Positions 61,401 through 64,000 of a stretch of 64,000 nucleotides of DNA are shown in pieces. The stretch lies in contig JAQUQS010000004.1 of the NCBI GenBank assembly GCA_028715965.1, positions 61,963 to 125,962 of the forward strand, written 5' to 3'. Origin of the DNA: Candidatus Omnitrophota bacterium (lineage in GTDB: Bacteria; Omnitrophota; Gorgyraeia; Tantalellales; Tantalellaceae). The translations under genes and the position numbers were made by a program. Each line of letters starts with the position of its first letter. Position 1 is the stretch's first letter. The notes below the pieces were generated by a model. It saw only the letters and a list, made by a program, of their open reading frames with translations. It did not search any database and was not told the origin of the DNA.

Positions 61401-64000
61401 ACCCTTGCCGATGTCATTAGTGTTGTTCTTGCCTATGGTGCGTACGTTCGCCTGGCCGAAATATGAGTTAAGAGCGCTGAGGAGCTGGTTCCTGGAAGCT
61501 TTTCCCTGGTCGAAATCCTTGCTTACATTGCTTTCGATGTCGAGTACTATAAGGAGCTTTAGGTCTCCCTTAGCTACCTTAGTTGGAGCGAACTCCGTCA
61601 TATATCCAGCGAAAGCCAGTTGGAACGCGACATTGACGAGTGTTTTTCCTCCTCCGCATCCGAGCAGGATGATCGTCGGTCTTGCGGCAGATCCGGCGTT
61701 TGCGTTCCCGATAGCCCCGATCTGGGCGGCAAGAACGGATCTGTATTGCAGTATATCCGTCGATCCGGCCGTGTACTCGTTCTTAAAATTGGTCCCGGGT
61801 CTTGAAGCCTCGGAGAATACCCGTGCGAGAGCTTCTACGGATGTTATCAGGGCGTCCCGGCCAGTCCCCGAGGATAGGTCTCTTAATGTTGACAATACGG
61901 ATCTCTTTATGTCCTTTTCCGATATGCCGCGTTCCCTCATGGCGCGCATCGTTTCCGGGATGGTCCCGGTAACGACGGTCTTGATCTCCCTGAGTACCGC
62001 TTCCCTGAACGTCTCTGAGCCGATCTTCCCGAACTCCGCCTTCAGATTGCCTTTGGCGTCATACATGTTGCGCATTACCGTCTGTATCGCTCCGCCAAAA
62101 CGGTCGGCGAAAGTGGATATTTGGGCCTGTCTGCGTGCGGCTATCTCCGTTATGCGTTGCGAGGAAAGTTTCTCTCCGCTGCTTTTCAGGTCATGAATAG
62201 CGTAGTCTACTCCGATCGAGGCGGACAATGTCTGGAATTCGTTTACGCCGGACGCCCTCAACTGGTTAGCCAGCGCTTTTTCCACGGCGACCTGTGTGGT
62301 CCTTACACCTTTACCTCCCTTACCCGGCAATACTATGGTGCCGGTAAGTCGGTTCAGTAAACGTTCTCCCCTGGAGGATGTTATTTCATTGCGGTTGACG
62401 ATGTTCCCGCGTACGATACTTGTAATCGCAAGCGCTTTAGCCGTTTTAGCGGCCTCTAAAGCCGCCTTTTGCGTTTCCGGTCCGCCTTCTGAACCTTGCT
62501 TTGATCTCTTATAGGCTTCATACATGGCGCTTTTTATCTTTTGCTTGTTCTCTTGGGTGTTCAGGAGCTCGCTAAGGACTTCCGCTGTTCTTCCCTTGCT
62601 GAGGGAGCTGTTGACGGCTTTCTGTACCTGCCGGGCAACTATCCCGAACACTCCGGAAATGGAGACATACGCGGGTATGGCGAAAAGAAGAGCCCAGCTG
62701 AAAAATGTGATCGAACCCTGTGACATGCCGAGTCCCGCACTTGCGAAATTCTGCCGGCCGTACATGTCTTCTGCGGCAAATTGCTGGAGTACGGTCTGGA
62801 TGCCCATGACCTTGAGGACCATATCAAGGTCGCCTATACCTGTCATATGAACGAGCCTGCTTAGTAGAGATGCTTTCCCGGCTGTTGCCGCGGGTCCGAA
62901 CAGACCCACGAACGGTTTCATCATGGCGCCTGTCTTGAACCCTTCTATCGCTGACGCTATCATTTCGTGCATGCCCCGAGAACTGAATATCCTGTGCCCA
63001 CCCTGTGTGTACAGGCCACCATGGGTCAACATGCCGCCGATAGCGTTAAAATACACGCTTACCCTGGTCCATTCTATCGCTCCCCTGGTCATCTGTGAAC
63101 TTATGCTTTTCAACCCCTGCAAAAGCCTCGTGTTTGCGCCATTGCCCCCGTTAAGGAAGGCCCCGGCGTTCTTTGATGCCTGGTCGAGTTTCGATATTCC
63201 CATGGGGGATGTCGCGTACATGGCCATGAATCCCCAGAGAGCACCCTGGAAAAGGCTTGCTCCAAGATCACGACTGAAGGATGTTATGTCCTTCATCCCG
63301 ATATTGCCGGCCACGAGATCCCCGGAGACAAAACCGGAGGCGGTTATCGCCATGCCAGCGGCGAAATACGCCGCGTATAAAGCACGGGCTCCCCATGTTA
63401 CCTTTGAGGCGGCCTGCAGTCCTTTGAACCATGTTCCCCTGCCCATTCCGAACGCGAGAGCCACGCCTATGGCCGCGCCTTTTATAAGGTCTCCGGCAAG
63501 GCCTCTAAGGGAAAACCCACCCGTCCAGGTATCCGCCATGAACAGCGTGCCGAAAAATCCGCCTATGCTGTCGATGTCCCCGTTCATGAAGTTCGAAACT
63601 ACCCTGCGTGCCTGACTGGCCCCGGCATAAACAAACGCTCCACCGGTGATGGCGTATACTATCCTTTGCATGGCAGTAAGGCTTTGTATCCATGCGCCTA
63701 TTTGCGGTATCTTCGCGGCGATCAGGGCCAGACCTGCCGCGAATCCGGCACCCTGGATAAATCCTTTGAGAGCCAATAGCCCTACCTCGTTCCAGACAGT
63801 GGATCCGTCACGGTTGGTAAAGAAATCGTCAAATACACCGTTCCCGTTACGCCAGTTGTTATGCATTCGTGCCGCGAAATATACGCCTACGCTTATAGCG
63901 GCCATTATTACTCCGGCTACAAGTAGTTTAGCGCTGAGCGCCAGAAGGGCCAGAGAACTCCCGCCGGAGAAGATAGCTCCTCCAATGGCTACTACGGCTA
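55473..64000 (-). CDS. giant protein of more than 2842 aa (N-terminus beyond the window edge): Gly-rich polytopic membrane N-terminal region, P-loop-like GCGGGKT, HExxH (HEVAHE), otherwise unassignable
   Basis: Single minus-strand frame open from 64000 to the stop at 55473. The first 450 aa are hydrophobic with many G/A-rich helices. Isolated motifs ILLGCGGGKT..LLIVLDIE and MVISHEVAHE. No homolog recognised by eye. Confidence 0.6.
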   Translation of the reverse strand, partial: AVVAIGGAIFSGGSSLALLALSAKLLVAGVIMAAISVGVYFAARMHNNWRNGNGVFDDFFTNRDGSTVWNEVGLLALKGFIQGAGFAAGLALIAAKIPQIGAWIQSLTAMQRIVYAITGGAFVYAGASQARRVVSNFMNGDIDSIGGFFGTLFMADTWTGGFSLRGLAGDLIKGAAIGVALAFGMGRGTWFKGLQAASKVTWGARALYAAYFAAGMAITASGFVSGDLVAGNIGMKDITSFSRDLGASLFQGALWGFMAMYATSPMGISKLDQASKNAGAFLNGGNGANTRLLQGLKSISSQMTRGAIEWTRVSVYFNAIGGMLTHGGLYTQGGHRIFSSRGMHEMIASAIEGFKTGAMMKPFVGLFGPAATAGKASLLSRLVHMTGIGDLDMVLKVMGIQTVLQQFAAEDMYGRQNFASAGLGMSQGSITFFSWALLFAIPAYVSISGVFGIVARQVQKAVNSSLSKGRTAEVLSELLNTQENKQKIKSAMYEAYKRSKQGSEGGPETQKAALEAAKTAKALAITSIVRGNIVNRNEITSSRGERLLNRLTGTIVLPGKGGKGVRTTQVAVEKALANQLRASGVNEFQTLSASIGVDYAIHDLKSSGEKLSSQRITEIAARRQAQISTFADRFGGAIQTVMRNMYDAKGNLKAEFGKIGSETFREAVLREIKTVVTGTIPETMRAMRERGISEKDIKRSVLSTLRDLSSGTGRDALITSVEALARVFSEASRPGTNFKNEYTAGSTDILQYRSVLAAQIGAIGNANAGSAARPTIILLGCGGGKTLVNVAFQLAFAGYMTEFAPTKVAKGDLKLLIVLDIESNVSKDFDQGKASRNQLLSALNSYFGQANVRTIGKNNTNDIGKGVNIMASKTLLEIYFNSPEKLEGFHQFSIDEVEAVMQTTNLTFNVARNMFAQAKGGEKRFYEALNKGALAGRDAILSRWNGGAKGWQKYFDFDATTNNRHLTYEAAKAVVESMLSSLSQAELASLGGVNNARMLFNTYVNRAADPLTCKLQQKGGFSVNLDLWTGTMSSYTMHDRMTGEDMVNTQYGDPWKALAIHHRGQVESAKMRATSGGRYNEKNVAGIEASNAINALITSSQRGVSISEAIAYINRHSATGQDIMTGFTGTIEGCRIALNAMGASIIDLGQSDWHTSAKTMFFEGSAELIGAFSKAVMGSQAENAKNGGIRLIVGAFGTMASAEAALKGLMGKAPEAELKGETVTLKVNGRTVPIKGVTKYTTSNAGRTVNILVYENPNSFEAVRDAVRMASPAEQGQVREMFGNSIHLVSKLGTGANTFSKKWINGKAQDFIEFGNTGGFQGVEFFTTEIGSSSAMKQQEQRINAPGRGEGNIHHYVDVSDMRIRNAERAEMTKAIRDNGGFGTSMDFENPAAGLFRSHMENLNSNIDAMQANSVIDAFNGTGQTGRMREAQMILGRKTSDTPLVTETGAPADVSAKVDSLRTLLPGDEGIDTLDKHVKDLVDQINDIDLDDLVGAASGTSSAPREIILESGESLSFQHTTGRGVSEARAPRHTSAMMSRAADIRGETTDTGGSRWAVQPETGRQEDGSSAPVYVDSHFGSTATRQEIANSVANASMRRTNGDGLRKGLTVVSTSRSEGLGTDLGGNNEKDGIIALNTQAIKHLAGRIAEGLGIDTTGAQRIEGILRDMVISHEVAHEASGRTDHTKQETALATEDAAEFIRSLANEDIIADIDGAKTVGKILGTEKLFGQAFNSIISAPGVYASLVSGSISLEAHGPSLQMTAGTGSNIPAIISAVQAIAKTAGTTGLDLDLTTEKGVVTTVNAFNGMVRQLRSTAISDNINTRSVRSTVSDDRILELDLGEGGSAVTISNPLTERAIKMNVPAEGYIDENADTVTIDDYLDNAQENNAMHFGDAANGLSQKAASGKTTAGIGTNELGFNSLSSLTYISMRIDGTDISLDLVTGQANIRSTSSGADVSVKIAAGKTFDQNTLNALIEGVSITGEQGLGVLNDVLPAINRAMTENGLTSGTMQFDIDGVAIEADLSELAYGKISLTLTDNFNERSMTLVLNTTGNRELIPGGAARLVEDMVLGSTAGDLETFISRVAAIARGIPALRTATVNASIYDAYGNMDRFRAEITENRISSLKMERPDGTGNDWNMGELNTRIEMGLKGQVSIGQSIEIDLRENGGHLYSIDRVDNVNDAAVYRIRIDHSSQTQSVMIKSADLMDVLAELTNIGTIDPEEYTFLRDVASSNFGGVLPYEVRYAFMASGTEAIRISTSATISFRGSMVDFGASDIVTVDDLDNVIFDGHSEPYAEAGIDGYKASHIADIAVKIAEAAYRGIDITSTGTSWIHEMGSDGRIARVTRYYADHDADGNLIFVVEKLDQATGAFNIFCVFENKVVKALTADIDRQIPGFGTKTNEIIVTVMGKRLTIARINIAGSRVGEGKYAFRLAGVEDITSADTPSSVPEEQGTTDDGMTRDSSTPGLAPDTHKAKSLDPSATIGGILPELRKALENGERDKAVDMLVAIFSKCDANGNMTESALAEAYTAAEIIDAAAGDMLLEETPDEDDSATDMESMARAVRGIAERSSADQLKYLRDLTAEGLRNPAASELPLTATLATRIIMSRNGRISGEQGGLMAPATFNAVDITGNGGEMAGDGTVITTAPQIMDYGTQANAAVNANAGGWNKLKSPDTVNICIATETAAKSDEKGMKRLKDNGSYQMVKEVSTIEDLTTILYEAETLARSLGAKKIVITGVALREDFDSATALITEIAKISDNFVLAEKGHIFGKVLALAITYRGFQAAFTDEGLKRLREMTKKGAITLKLDAGGQGQDTTDEDIDNALFADLKADTAF

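Overview
This 64-kb window most likely comes from an uncultivated Gram-negative bacterium. It has three parts, plus a small gene set at the start.

1. **Start of the window (1-3957).** A CBS-pair protein truncated at the window edge, a membrane protein with a TrkA-C domain, a small entericidin-like lipoprotein not in the ORF track, a PflX-like radical SAM protein, an OmpR-family response regulator, and a hypothetical HTH/coiled-coil membrane protein.

2. **Two-partner secretion (T5bSS) island (about 3.96-23.0 kb).** Two giant tandem TpsA exoprotein genes of 2771 and 2697 aa, and one convergent TpsB (ShlB/FhaC family) transporter gene. The two tpsA genes share a 100% identical 1.6-kb 5' module. 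That module consists of a near-consensus sigma70-like promoter, a leader that looks like a c-di-GMP-I (GEMM) riboswitch with an intrinsic-terminator expression platform, and the whole TPS secretion domain. After it the two genes diverge completely, then share a diverged C-terminal module.

3. **Conserved nucleotide and central-metabolism block (23.2-53.8 kb).**
   - Biosynthesis and TCA-type genes: carA, carB, purF, pyrG, an IDH-family gene, guaA, a PurS-PurS-PurL fusion, purQ, a LOG-family gene, a short malic enzyme, an Fe-alcohol dehydrogenase and an aconitase-family gene.
   - c-di-GMP turnover and effector genes interspersed among them: a PilZ protein, a PAS-GGDEF(degenerate)-HD-GYP protein, a REC-HD-GYP protein and a HAMP-HD-GYP protein.
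   - Stress and other genes: a small AbrB-like mini-operon, a cold-shock protein, recN, tpx, a Spy/CpxP-like protein and a sirtuin.

4. **Window end.** A 1.1-kb noncoding tandem array of 194-202-bp units packed with ATAATG/CATTAT palindromes, then a giant minus-strand ORF of at least 2842 codons that runs off the window edge. That ORF has a Gly-rich polytopic N-terminus plus P-loop-like and HExxH motifs.

The most interesting candidates are:
- the riboswitch-gated, cassette-like tandem TpsA arrangement;
- the tandem repeat array;
- the unannotatable giant membrane protein.
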